Positions 40,005-49,902 of a stretch of DNA of 64,000 nucleotides are shown here, piece after piece. Position numbers and translations under genes: made by a program. This DNA is from an uncultured Planctomycetota bacterium (GTDB taxonomy: Bacteria; Planctomycetota; Planctomycetia; Pirellulales; Lacipirellulaceae), in contig CAVRBU010000006.1 of NCBI GenBank assembly GCA_963719315.1, forward strand, positions 64,001-128,000, read 5' to 3'. Positions within the stretch are counted from its first letter, which is position 1. Every line of letters starts with the position of its first letter. A model generated the notes under the pieces. The model ran no database searches. It saw only the letters and a list, made by a program, of their open reading frames with translations, and had not been told where the DNA came from.

Positions 40005-41270
40005 TCACTCGTCGAACGCGACCTCCAGCCCCGGCACGGCTGCTTTCAGCTTGGCGACGCCTTTCTTGCTCACCGCCGTCAGCCGCAGTTCCAACTTCTT
40101 GAGCGACTTGCACTCCCGCAGATGCTCGAGGCCGTCATCCGTCACGCCGGTTTCGTTGAGCGTGAGCGTGCCCAATTCCGGCAACGTGGCGATGGCTTTG
40201 AGTCCATCATCATCGACGCCCGTGTTGTCGAGATTCAAATACTTGAGTTTCGTCAGCTTGGCCACGTGCTCCATGCCTGCGTTTCCGACCGGCGTGTTCC
40301 ACAGCGTAAGCCACACGAGCTCCTTCATATCGGCAAGATTCGCCAGGCCCTCGTTGCTGGCCCGCGTCTCGCTCAAATCGAGTTTGCGAAGTTGCTTCAT
40401 GTCGCGCAGGTTTACGAGTCCGTCGCCGCTGATGAATGTCGCCCGCAGAAACAGGATTCGCAGCTTCGTAAGTTTTTTGAGGTGCGCGAGCCCATCGTCG
40501 CTGATCGGCACACGCATCAAATCGAGGTCGTCGAGCTCGGTGAGGTCCGAGAGATGTTTCAAGCCGGCGTCGGTGACCTTGGTATCCTCCAGCGCCAGTC
40601 CGCGCAGTTTCTTCATGCCTTCCAGGTACACGAGCCCCGCGTCCGTCACGCCTGCCGAACGAATCTTGAGCGCGCCCAAGCCGGTGAGCGGCGCGAGGTG
40701 GGCCAGGCCGGCATCCGTAATCAGGCAGCCGCGCAAATCGAGCAGCCGCAACTTTTTCGCATTCGAGAGATGCGCGAGGCCGGCGTCGCCGATCTTCGTA
40801 TAGAGCAGCGTCAAGTATGCCAACTCCGGCAACTTGCCTACCGGCTCCATGCCCACATCGGATATGCCGGTGTCGCGCTGCAGATTCAGCTTCTTGAGTT
40901 TCTTAATTGCTCCCAGCTTGGCTAACCCCGCATCGGTGATCCGCGTGTTCTGCAACTCAAGCTCAGCCAGGTCGCCGAGCGGCAGCAAGTAGTCGATCCC
41001 CGCGTCGGTGATGCCAGCGCCCCAAACTACAAGCGATCGGAGCTTCGGCGCCGCGGCCAACAGGCGGAGATCGCTATCCGTCGCCGGTCGATTCTCCAAA
41101 TTAATGGCCGTGATATTGCCCGCCGAATCGCGAGTCACTTGGCCTGAAAGCTGTTCGACCCGGTCTAGGAGTGCTTTTTGACCGGCCTCCGCCGCTCTCG
41201 TACCCGGGGAGCAGCACGCGAATAACAGGGTCCAAACAGCGGCTGCGATCACGATTTTCAACGGTTTCAT
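40005..41270 (-). CDS. Secreted leucine-rich repeat protein
   Basis: Many 24-aa LxxLxLxxTxITDAGL repeats; signal peptide. Confidence 0.92.
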   Translation of the reverse strand: MKPLKIVIAAAVWTLLFACCSPGTRAAEAGQKALLDRVEQLSGQVTRDSAGNITAINLENRPATDSDLRLLAAAPKLRSLVVWGAGITDAGIDYLLPLGDLAELELQNTRITDAGLAKLGAIKKLKKLNLQRDTGISDVGMEPVGKLPELAYLTLLYTKIGDAGLAHLSNAKKLRLLDLRGCLITDAGLAHLAPLTGLGALKIRSAGVTDAGLVYLEGMKKLRGLALEDTKVTDAGLKHLSDLTELDDLDLMRVPISDDGLAHLKKLTKLRILFLRATFISGDGLVNLRDMKQLRKLDLSETRASNEGLANLADMKELVWLTLWNTPVGNAGMEHVAKLTKLKYLNLDNTGVDDDGLKAIATLPELGTLTLNETGVTDDGLEHLRECKSLKKLELRLTAVSKKGVAKLKAAVPGLEVAFDE

Positions 41271-41575
41271 CGAACAATTCCTCTCGGCGTGCATAAGACT
41301 GCTAGGGGCATGTTGTCACAAAGCAGCGACAAGACCGGTTTCCGATAGCCTAGTTTCCCCAAGTTTGATTGGCAAATTGAGATCAAAATACCTTTCCCCG
41401 CTCAATCGGGGTGATTCACTTATTCAAAATGGAGAAATAGGCGTGGGAGGCATCTCCGACGCCGATTTCGCTCAAATATCGAGAACGGATTGAAGTGCGC
41501 CGCCCCATCGGGGGCGGAGATCCCTCGCGCAACTCTCCCCAGATTCAACTAATGAATGGCCCTGCCCGCACAAGG

Positions 41576-41692
41576 CGGGCGTCCCAATTTGCGGCACAAC
41601 AAGCTTGTAGCACGGACTTCAGTCCGTACGAGAATCACGGACTGAAGTCCGTGCTACAATGTTCCGGTCCGAACGGTGCCAAACTAGGACCA
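41576..41692. repeat. Composite element family D, copy 2, flanked by direct repeat CCCGCACAAGG
   Basis: Homology to 20245-20360; direct repeats at 41565-41575 and 41693-41703. Confidence 0.85.
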
Positions 41693-41833
41693 CCCGCACA
41701 AGGTGTTTGATTCCCGCCACCACGCCCGTTATGCTGTTAGTTCATGTATACGTCAGGCTAAAGCCTGACGATGCGGGCTGAATCAGGCTCAAGCCTGACG
41801 TCCTTACTAACTTCGATGCCGGAGACCCTCCCG

Positions 41834-43177
41834 ATGTCATTCTCAACCGATCGACGCAGATTTCTTCAAACCACGGCCGCAGCCGGCTTGGGCTACTGGG
41901 TGGCCGGCGGAGTCGAAGCGGCAGCGAGCACTTCGCCCAACGAGCAAATCCAAGTCGGCTGCATCGGCGTCGGCGGCAAAGGTCAGAGCGACGTCCAGAA
42001 CATGTCGAAGCTCGGCCAAATTTATTCGCTCTGCGATGTCGACGCTACGACACTCGAAGGACAGGTTCACGCCTACAAAACCGAGCACAACTTCAACGAT
42101 TTCCGCGAAATGCTCGACAAGGTGGGCGACAAGATCGATGCCGTGACCGTGAGCATACCGGATCACAACCACGCCGTCGCGGCTGCGAAGGCGATGAAGA
42201 TGGGCAAGCACGTGTACTGCCAGAAGCCGCTAACGCATTCGATATGGGAAGCTCGCCGGCTGGCCGAGATCGCCAAAGAGAAGGGCGTGGCCACGCAGAT
42301 GGGCAACCAGTACACAGCGTTCAACCCGATGCGGAAGGCGGCCCACCAAATCCAGGAAGGCCAACTCGGGACCGTGAAGGAAGTTCACATTTGGACCAAT
42401 CGTCCGATCTGGCCGCAAGGCGAAGACCGCCCACCCTCGAAGCCCGTTCCTCCAACGCTCAACTGGGAGGCCTGGATCGGCCCCGCGCCGTTCCGCCCCT
42501 ATGCCGACGGTTATCACCCGTTCAAGTGGCGCGGCTGGTGGGACTTCGGCACCGGTGCGCTGGGCGACATGGCTTGCCACACCTGCAACTTGCCGTTCAT
42601 GGCCTTGAACATGCGCGATCCGGTCTCGGTCGAAGCCGAATGCCCCGAGCACAACCGCGACAGCTATCCGCCGCGATCGAAGATCAAATTCGAATTCCCC
42701 GAGCTGAACGGCCGCGCGGCGTTCACGATGAATTGGTACGACGGCGGCAATCTCCCGCCGCACGAACTGTTCAAAGACGTCACGCTGACGACGAAAACGG
42801 ATCAGGGGCAGCCCGTGCCGCCGCCGTGCGCGAGCGGCGTGCTCCTTATCGGCGACAAAGCGACGATGTATGCCGCCGGCGACTACGCCGAGCAAGGAAT
42901 TCAAATTGTCGGCGACGTGAAGGAGCTCGACGTCGATTACCCGCGTAGCCCCGGCCACGAGAAGGAATGGTTCATCGCCATGCGCGACTCGAAGAAGCCG
43001 GCGATGTCGAATTTTCCGAACTACTCGGGGCCGCTGACCGAAACGATCCTGCTCGGCAACCTGGCGGTGTACAAGCGCGGCAAGGTGGACTGGGACCCGG
43101 TGAACCTCAAGCCGCTGAACGATCCATCGCTCGCGAAAATCGTACACCCCACGTTCCGCGATGGGTACGAAGTGTAG
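41834..43177 (+). CDS. Tat-exported Gfo/Idh/MocA oxidoreductase
   Basis: DRRRFL, IGVGGKG, PDHNH, HVYCQKPL, GALGDMACH. Confidence 0.92.
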   Translation: MSFSTDRRRFLQTTAAAGLGYWVAGGVEAAASTSPNEQIQVGCIGVGGKGQSDVQNMSKLGQIYSLCDVDATTLEGQVHAYKTEHNFNDFREMLDKVGDKIDAVTVSIPDHNHAVAAAKAMKMGKHVYCQKPLTHSIWEARRLAEIAKEKGVATQMGNQYTAFNPMRKAAHQIQEGQLGTVKEVHIWTNRPIWPQGEDRPPSKPVPPTLNWEAWIGPAPFRPYADGYHPFKWRGWWDFGTGALGDMACHTCNLPFMALNMRDPVSVEAECPEHNRDSYPPRSKIKFEFPELNGRAAFTMNWYDGGNLPPHELFKDVTLTTKTDQGQPVPPPCASGVLLIGDKATMYAAGDYAEQGIQIVGDVKELDVDYPRSPGHEKEWFIAMRDSKKPAMSNFPNYSGPLTETILLGNLAVYKRGKVDWDPVNLKPLNDPSLAKIVHPTFRDGYEV

Positions 43178-43199
43178 ACGACTCGTTCCGAGCTTGTGA

Positions 43200-43259
43200 G
43201 TAGGGTGGGCATTGCCCGCCACATGATGTTGTACCGTTGGTGGGCAATGCCCATCCTAC
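43200..43259. repeat. GTAG REP pair (family F)
   Basis: GTAGGGTGGGCATTGCCC...GGGCAATGCCCATCCTAC. Confidence 0.75.
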
Positions 43260-43307
43260 TAAAACAGTTGTTGATTCTCCGGCGGCGGCGGTTGTCCTGG
43301 CGGTCCA

Positions 43308-44915
43308 TCAAGCGGATTTTCCGGTCGCCGCTGCGGACGGGCATCCTCCGGTAGATCGTCCGGCGCATCCGCGCCGTCCGTCTGGGCCCGGCGGTCGCTC
43401 GCGATCGAATCTGCCGCGCACAGGCCCGTCGGGTCTAAACGATTCGTCCGGTGGCGGTCCCTCGGGACGGCGATCGGGACCAGCGCCCGGCCGACCACCT
43501 TCTGGAAGCCCCGGTCCGCGCGGCCCGTTGCGCCGACCGCGAACCGCTTCTCCAAAATCGTGCAAGATTGGCCAGCGATCGTCGATATGCAATTGTGATC
43601 TTAGATATAACCGCTCGAGCTCGGAATTCATTTTCGCTTTCGGCATGTTCAGCAACTCTTGTTTCTTGTCGTAGGATAGGGTATCGCTCGCAAAAAATTT
43701 CTCCAGGTCCGCTGGCCCCCACTGCGTCTGCATCGCTTCGTGAATCCAGGCCGAAAGCTGGCCCCAGCGCAGATCGCGCCGCAATAGCTTATTCCAATGG
43801 TCGTTTGCATCCTTGCTGAGCTTGCCCAGCAGCCGGTTGACCGTGGCCTCGCTATTTTCATCATTTCGCAGCGCCTCGCGGAGGATGTAGAGTGCCGGCC
43901 CGACGTTGTTGGCTTCTATGCTGGTGACACGAGTGCGCTCAGAGCCCGGCGGCAATTCCTCCAACAGTTGGGCTTTCTTTTCCCTTGCTAATTCGAAGAT
44001 CTCATGGCGCAGCGCATCGACATCCGCTTTCGACAGTTGGCGAGCAGCTTGCTCATTCTCTCGTTGGACCATCATCTTTATGGTATCGACCTGTTGGCTC
44101 GTCGAAAGACTCTGCAAGTCCTTGCGGAGTTGTTCCTGGTCGCCAGCCGTGTGCCGCGGCGACGACAGCCATTCCCCGTAGGCCACCAGCGTCTTTTGCA
44201 ACGCGGCCGCGTCTTTCGCTCCGCCGATCTCATTCGACAGTCGCCTGAGGCGAACGTTCTCCTGAGGATTTTGCCGCAGTTCCTCAAACGCACGAGTCCG
44301 GTCCGCTAGGTCGGCTTTCAATTCCGGCGTCAGCGAATCGACCCACTCGCGCCTGTCGGCAAGCGATGGCGAACTAGCTTGCTTGAAATCGGACACATTG
44401 CGGTCGAACTCCTGATTATCCTTCACGAGTTCGTTGTCGATATTGGCCTGCGACAATTGCCGCAGGAATTCGATATCGCTCACGTGAGACAACGTGTTGA
44501 CCTGTTCAATCACCGGCAAATCGGCCAGCAGCAAATTGTTGCGGTGCACGGCCAGCGCCCGCACCATGACGAATCCCATAACCGCCGCGGCGACGCCGCC
44601 CGCGATCCACCAGCGAGTGCGGTTGCGATTCTCCACGGCCGTTAACCGGGTCTGCTGCGACAGGTCCTTCTCGGCTGCCACGCATGCCAGTTCGATCGTC
44701 GTTCGCGCGAAGCCGTCATCCACGGCGGTCGTCGGCAGTGCGCTCGGCGCTTCCCACGCTTGATCGAGATCGCGAAGCTGCTGTCGATACTCGTCGTCGC
44801 TCGCCAATCGCTCTTCAACGAGGCGGCAATCCTCCGGCCCAAGCTCGCCATCGAGATATGCGACCAGCTCGTCGTGGTTGGACCGTTCGGGTTGTGGTTC
44901 GACGACAGACGACAT
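43308..44915 (-). CDS. Putative membrane anti-sigma factor with long helical C-terminal region
   Basis: LVAYLDGEL, one TM; downstream of ECF sigma; extreme 3' frame uncertain. Confidence 0.78.
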   Translation of the reverse strand: MSSVVEPQPERSNHDELVAYLDGELGPEDCRLVEERLASDDEYRQQLRDLDQAWEAPSALPTTAVDDGFARTTIELACVAAEKDLSQQTRLTAVENRNRTRWWIAGGVAAAVMGFVMVRALAVHRNNLLLADLPVIEQVNTLSHVSDIEFLRQLSQANIDNELVKDNQEFDRNVSDFKQASSPSLADRREWVDSLTPELKADLADRTRAFEELRQNPQENVRLRRLSNEIGGAKDAAALQKTLVAYGEWLSSPRHTAGDQEQLRKDLQSLSTSQQVDTIKMMVQRENEQAARQLSKADVDALRHEIFELAREKKAQLLEELPPGSERTRVTSIEANNVGPALYILREALRNDENSEATVNRLLGKLSKDANDHWNKLLRRDLRWGQLSAWIHEAMQTQWGPADLEKFFASDTLSYDKKQELLNMPKAKMNSELERLYLRSQLHIDDRWPILHDFGEAVRGRRNGPRGPGLPEGGRPGAGPDRRPEGPPPDESFRPDGPVRGRFDRERPPGPDGRRGCAGRSTGGCPSAAATGKSA

Positions 44916-44977
44916 TCTTGTAGTCCAGGCTTTGCCTGACGCTCGCGCAGTTGTTGTCAGGCCAAAGCCTGACCTAC

Positions 44978-45664
44978 TTAGGTTGTTTCCGATGGTGAAG
45001 GGTGACTCTCGTTGGTTAAATTCGCCGGCAAACCGGTGATCTGTGCGCCGCGTTCCAAATACGGTTGCAGGGCCTCCCGCAAATTGCCTCGGGCCCGCGA
45101 CAACAGCGACTTCACCGCCTGCGGCGTCATGTCCATTACGGCGCCGATATCGGCGTAGCTCATGTGCTCGAACTTCGCGAGCAGCACGGCCATTCTCTGT
45201 CGATCGCTCAAGGAGCCCACTGCTTGTTGCACCGCCGCGCACAATTCCGCCTTATCGAGTTGCCGCGTCGGCATCAGTGCGCTGGCCGCCAGCGCTACTG
45301 CTTCCAGCGATTGCGGCGCCGAATCGTTGATCCTTGGCGCAAGGTGCACCTCTTTGCGACGCGACTTGGTCCGCAGGGCGTTCGACGCTACGTTTCCCGC
45401 GATCGTGAACAACCAGGTCGAAAACTTTGCCCCCGGCACGTACCGCCGGCGGGCCCGGTACACTCGCAAAAAGGTCTCCTGCGTCAAATCCTCCGCCAAA
45501 TCGCGGCCGCCCACCAAATGCGCGAGCAGCGAGAGCACGCGGTTCTGATACTGCAGCATCAACTCCTCGAACGCCTGCGCATCGTCGTCGCGCACCCGCA
45601 GCATTAGCCGAACGTCTGGATCGGCCAGCGTATATCTTTCAGCGGTCGATTCGCTAATCGACAA
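44978..45664 (-). CDS. ECF RNA polymerase sigma factor
   Basis: AEDLTQETFLRVY, KFSTWLFTIA, MSYADI..AVKSLLSRAR. Confidence 0.93.
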   Translation of the reverse strand: MSISESTAERYTLADPDVRLMLRVRDDDAQAFEELMLQYQNRVLSLLAHLVGGRDLAEDLTQETFLRVYRARRRYVPGAKFSTWLFTIAGNVASNALRTKSRRKEVHLAPRINDSAPQSLEAVALAASALMPTRQLDKAELCAAVQQAVGSLSDRQRMAVLLAKFEHMSYADIGAVMDMTPQAVKSLLSRARGNLREALQPYLERGAQITGLPANLTNESHPSPSETT

Positions 45665-45889
45665 CGGTTGCTCGAAGTGGGTGAGAGGAATGGCGGTCGT
45701 CGCCGGCCCTATTCCAGCTTACACGTCGCCCCACCGGTCGGCGAGCCGCGGCGGTGCTGGCAGCATTCGATTCGGCACCCAACAGACTTAACCCCGCTCG
45801 TCATCGCTGGTTTCGTTCCAGAACCGTGGAGCGGCTGGGCACTAAGGTCGCCGAGCTCGGCGAGCCCCCAGCGCTCCAGGACTCGCCTT

Positions 45890-47254
45890 CTACTTCTGAC
45901 CTACGGCGAAAAGGTGATCCACCGTGCGAATGAGCAGCTTGTCGCCCGCGATTGCCGCGGAAGACCAGCAAAACTCGCCAAGGTCGTTGGTGGCTACGAC
46001 CTGCAAGTCATTGCCCGCTTGGATGACAAATGTTTTGCAGTTCTGGTCGGTGCAATAAATCTTATCGCCTACGACAATGGGCGAAGAGGTCAACCCGGCC
46101 GCATCGGGCAATCGCTTGCGATAATGTTCAGCGCCGGTCTTTGCGTCTAAACAGTGAATGAAACCACCACCTTGTTCAACGGTATAAACAAATCCTTGGC
46201 ACAGGGCCGGTGACGCCAGGCGACCTCCCTTGATGAACACGCTCCACGCGATCCGATCGCTGCTGGCCTGTTTCGCGGGGATGCTGATGTCGCCCGACCC
46301 TCCCGGTCGAACCGCCGCCATGCTACCGCCCTGGCCCGTAAGTCGATCGTACGAATCGACAAACAAAAGTTCGGCGTCTCCGACGGGCGTCGTCGCCGTG
46401 CGTCCGCTGCCGTTCATCGACCACAGCAACTCGCCCGACTTGGGATCGTACGACCGCATCTGATTGCCGCCCGCGGTCACCAACTCGGTGCGCAGCTTGT
46501 TGCGCCAGATGTAGGGCGTCGCCCAATTCGATTTCTCATCGCGATCGACGCGCCACACATCCTGGCCAGTCTTCTTATCGAGGGCGACGAGAAACGACTT
46601 CTCATCGTTGTCGCATTGCACGTATACGCAATCGCCATACAGCATCGGCGAACTGCCCGTTCCCCAGCCGAATTGCATGCGGTGCGTGCCGAGGTCGCGC
46701 GTCCACAACGGGTTCCCAGCCAGATCGAAGCAATAAACGCCCGCCATGCCGAAGTATGCGATGACTCGCTCGCCATCCGTCACCGGCGTTTCCGATGCAT
46801 AAGTATTGTTGGCGTGAGTCGTGATCGTCGGCCGCCCTTCGCGAGCTACTTTTTCCCAAACCGTCTGGCCCGTGGCCGCATCCAGGCACATCACCTTCCA
46901 TTTATAAGCGACGTTCGGCGGCGGAATAACGACGGCCCCGCGCGTCAGGAAGTCGGCATAACCCGCCAGCCCCGGACCCTTGTTCTGCGCGTTAGGTTTC
47001 GCCTGCTGATCCGATTCGGCCGTGGTCAAGAAGATCTTGTCACCCCACACGATCGGCTGCGACCAACCGACGCCCGGCAAATCGATCTTCCAAACGACAT
47101 GCTTGTCCGGTCCCCAGTCCAGAGGCAATTTCGCTTCTTTGACGACGCCGTTCAATTCAGCGCCGCGAAATTGGCTCCAATTCTCCGCATGAGCGTACGC
47201 AACAAAAAGACAAGCGGCGAAGCTGCCGGCAGTACAAGAAATGAGTTTGGCCAT
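45890..47254 (-). CDS. Secreted PQQ-like beta-propeller repeat protein
   Basis: AENWSQFRG, WSQPIV, repeated LDxxTG..W, SSP motifs. Confidence 0.9.
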   Translation of the reverse strand: MAKLISCTAGSFAACLFVAYAHAENWSQFRGAELNGVVKEAKLPLDWGPDKHVVWKIDLPGVGWSQPIVWGDKIFLTTAESDQQAKPNAQNKGPGLAGYADFLTRGAVVIPPPNVAYKWKVMCLDAATGQTVWEKVAREGRPTITTHANNTYASETPVTDGERVIAYFGMAGVYCFDLAGNPLWTRDLGTHRMQFGWGTGSSPMLYGDCVYVQCDNDEKSFLVALDKKTGQDVWRVDRDEKSNWATPYIWRNKLRTELVTAGGNQMRSYDPKSGELLWSMNGSGRTATTPVGDAELLFVDSYDRLTGQGGSMAAVRPGGSGDISIPAKQASSDRIAWSVFIKGGRLASPALCQGFVYTVEQGGGFIHCLDAKTGAEHYRKRLPDAAGLTSSPIVVGDKIYCTDQNCKTFVIQAGNDLQVVATNDLGEFCWSSAAIAGDKLLIRTVDHLFAVGQK

Positions 47255-47649
47255 AGTCTTTCAGCGCTCTGAGCCGCAACGCGGCGACAGCCCCTGAGAT
47301 TTGTCGACAGGAAACCGCAAAGATCCAACGGGGCAACGTCATGTGGCAATAAACTGACGCCCCTTTGGGGCTACAAATCTGATGACGACGGCTACCAGGG
47401 GCTTACGCCCCTGGCTATTCACTTTCGGCCCGTTGGGCCTCGGCATGGCGGAACGATCTTCCAACGTAACAGTTTAGCCGATGGAAGGGGCTTCTCGCAT
47501 TACGGCTGAAGCCATCGCCGCGAGAAGCCCTGTAAACAGGGCTTGGTGCTGCTCCGTTGGCCCCGACCAACCCGTCGTAAACGACGGGCCTAAGACCACC
47601 TTCGGTGAAAAGAGCCGTGAACGGCTCTGCAATCCGTTAGCCTGTTGCC

Positions 47650-48396
47650 TTACAACAAACTATCCAACAACAGCCGCATCTTTCGCATCTCCGCCCGATG
47701 ATCGAAGCCTTCGAGGGGCGTCATCTCGACCGAGAGTGCACGCTCGTAACCGACCTTGCTGAGCTGCTGAATGAGTTTGCCGTAGTCGACTTCGCCTTGT
47801 CCCACGCGGACGTGCAGCTTCTGCTTCGTGGAATCGCGCAAGTGAACGTGCTGCACGTACTTCATCACCTTGTCGATCAGGTTGCCCTGGTGTGGGCCCG
47901 TAATGTAATGACTGGGGTCGAGCGTCAGCCGCAGGCCCTTCACGTTGTCGCACAGCACGGTCGCAGTGTCCGGGTCCTGCGTCATTCGGCCAATTTGAGT
48001 TTTGAGACCGACGACTGCGCCTTCCAGCGAAGCGATTTCGACCAACTTTCGCAGCCGCTCGATTTCCTCGTTGAACGGCGTGCCTAGCTCGGAACATGGT
48101 ACGACCAGCGTCACTACCTTGATCAACTTCGCCAACTTGCAGCAGGATGTGAAATGTGTGTAATAGTCGGGTCCGGCCCCGAGTTCGATATTAAGCGCCG
48201 CGATATCCAGCCGATGCGTATCGCGACAGAAGCGGACCGATCGCTCCAGGTCGGAATGAACTTCCGAGGGCTTCAGCCCGCGGCCCGATTCATGAACCGG
48301 CAGCTCGACGGCCGTGAACTGCAGATCGGCGATCGCCTCGAGCGCCTCTTGGGGTGACAAATCGGGGAAACATTCAGTCGATGCAGCAACAAACAC
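47650..48396 (-). CDS. Sugar phosphate isomerase/epimerase-like TIM barrel
   Basis: LTLDPSHY, HVHLRD, VGQGEVDY, LSVE. Confidence 0.82.
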   Translation of the reverse strand: MFVAASTECFPDLSPQEALEAIADLQFTAVELPVHESGRGLKPSEVHSDLERSVRFCRDTHRLDIAALNIELGAGPDYYTHFTSCCKLAKLIKVVTLVVPCSELGTPFNEEIERLRKLVEIASLEGAVVGLKTQIGRMTQDPDTATVLCDNVKGLRLTLDPSHYITGPHQGNLIDKVMKYVQHVHLRDSTKQKLHVRVGQGEVDYGKLIQQLSKVGYERALSVEMTPLEGFDHRAEMRKMRLLLDSLL

Positions 48397-48465
48397 GCTT
48401 TCGCTCCTTCTAGATAGTGTGCGTCCACTTTACCGGCCCATGCCTGATTCTGGCAACCCGCAGGC

Positions 48466-48567
48466 TAGACAAGGAGAGGGGGAGACAGAAAGAGGGGGAG
48501 ACAAGGAGATGCGGGTGCGAGCCGAATTCGTGTCTCCTTGTCTCCACCCCTCCTTGTCTCCTTGTCT
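48466..48567. repeat. AGACAAGG short-unit inverted array; related array 25253-25355 spans the lgt stop
   Basis: Purine-rich units mirrored by CCTTGTCT units. Confidence 0.7.
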
Positions 48568-48679
48568 TTTCTTCCGCCTGCCGCCCGTTTGTCCCGGCGA
48601 CCGCGTGCTCTAGAATAGGGACTGCAACCGCGGCGCCACCTGCCGCTAGCACGCAATTCCGCCAGGAGATATAGACGCC

Positions 48680-49735
48680 ATGGCCCAAGACGACGCTCAA
48701 CCCGTGCCGGTCCGAGAAATCTACGTGCAGCAAAAGCCGAGCACCTTCGGCCGCTTCGGTAAATGGCTCTTTGGAGCACTCGTCGTGGCTGTGATGATCA
48801 TCATCAGCCTGTTCAGCAAGTATTCCAGCTATTTCAGCCCGGCCGACGTGCCGCAGGAGCGGTTTCATTCACTATCCCGCACCGCCACGAAAAAGATCGC
48901 CATCATCGAGGTCAGTGGACCGATCTACGAGGGCGAAGACAGCTTCGCGATGCAGCAAATCAAACGTGTGCGCGAGGACGATAATGTGGTGGGCGTCGTG
49001 TTGCGGATCACCTCGCCCGGCGGCACCGTCACCGGCAGCGACTACATCTACCACCATCTGCGCGAACTTGTCGAGCAGCGCAAGATCCCGCTGGTCGTCA
49101 GCATGGGCAGCGTGTGCGCGAGCGGCGGTTACTACATCGCCATGGCCGTCGGCAGCGAACCAAACTCCATCTTCGCCGAGCCCACCACTTGGACCGGTTC
49201 GATCGGCGTGATCATTCCGCATTTCGATGTCTCCAGCGGCCTCTCGAAGCTTGGCATCTCGGAGGACTCGATCGCCAGCGCACCGCTCAAGGCGATGGGC
49301 GCCCCGACCCGGCCGATGAGCGAGGCCGAGCGCAAAATCCTGCAAGGCCTGGTCGACGCCAGCTTCAAAGAATTCAAGGAGATCGTCGTCAGCGGTCGGC
49401 CAAAATTCAAAGACGACAAGGCTGCTTTGGATAAAGTCACGACCGGCCAAATCTTTACCGCGCATCAGGCACTCGACGACGGCCTGGTCGATAAAATCGG
49501 TTTCATCGAAGCCGCAATCGCCCGCGCCACCGAACTCGCCGGTGAAAGCGCCGACACGGTGCGCTGCGTAAAATACCAACGCCGGCCAACACTCTTCGGC
49601 GAGTTGCTCGGCGCCGATTCACAATTAGCGCCTGCTCGCGGGAACACGGACATCTCCGCGCTCATCGACTTAGCCACCCCACGAGCCTATTTCCTCTGGT
49701 CCTGGTTGCCGACGGCGCTTTCAAATCGAAAATAG
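48680..49735 (+). CDS. sppA: Signal peptide peptidase SppA (S49)
   Basis: SPGG, ASGGYYIA, TGSIGV, GQIFT, GLVD. Confidence 0.93.
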   Translation: MAQDDAQPVPVREIYVQQKPSTFGRFGKWLFGALVVAVMIIISLFSKYSSYFSPADVPQERFHSLSRTATKKIAIIEVSGPIYEGEDSFAMQQIKRVREDDNVVGVVLRITSPGGTVTGSDYIYHHLRELVEQRKIPLVVSMGSVCASGGYYIAMAVGSEPNSIFAEPTTWTGSIGVIIPHFDVSSGLSKLGISEDSIASAPLKAMGAPTRPMSEAERKILQGLVDASFKEFKEIVVSGRPKFKDDKAALDKVTTGQIFTAHQALDDGLVDKIGFIEAAIARATELAGESADTVRCVKYQRRPTLFGELLGADSQLAPARGNTDISALIDLATPRAYFLWSWLPTALSNRK

Positions 49736-49748
49736 CATTGCCCAAAAA

Positions 49749-49833
49749 GTAGGTTTCGCGTGCCGAACGGGACCTGAACTTGCTCGGCATTATCGCGGTT
49801 TCGCTCAGGTCCCTTCCGGTAGAAGGGACCGAC
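49749..49833. repeat. REPIN family C, copy 4 (inverted, diverged)
   Basis: Reverse-complement similarity to 35155-35239. Confidence 0.75.
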
Positions 49834-49902
49834 TAAGTTATTCTGGGCAAAGCCCTGTGAAAAACAAATTCGTATTTAGCGGTTAACTTCGAGAATTCGT
49901 CT

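Noticed and set aside
44916..45242. N-terminal extension of the 644-aa ORF
   Set aside because: Overlaps the sigma factor gene in another frame; anti-sigma motif begins after ATG 44915
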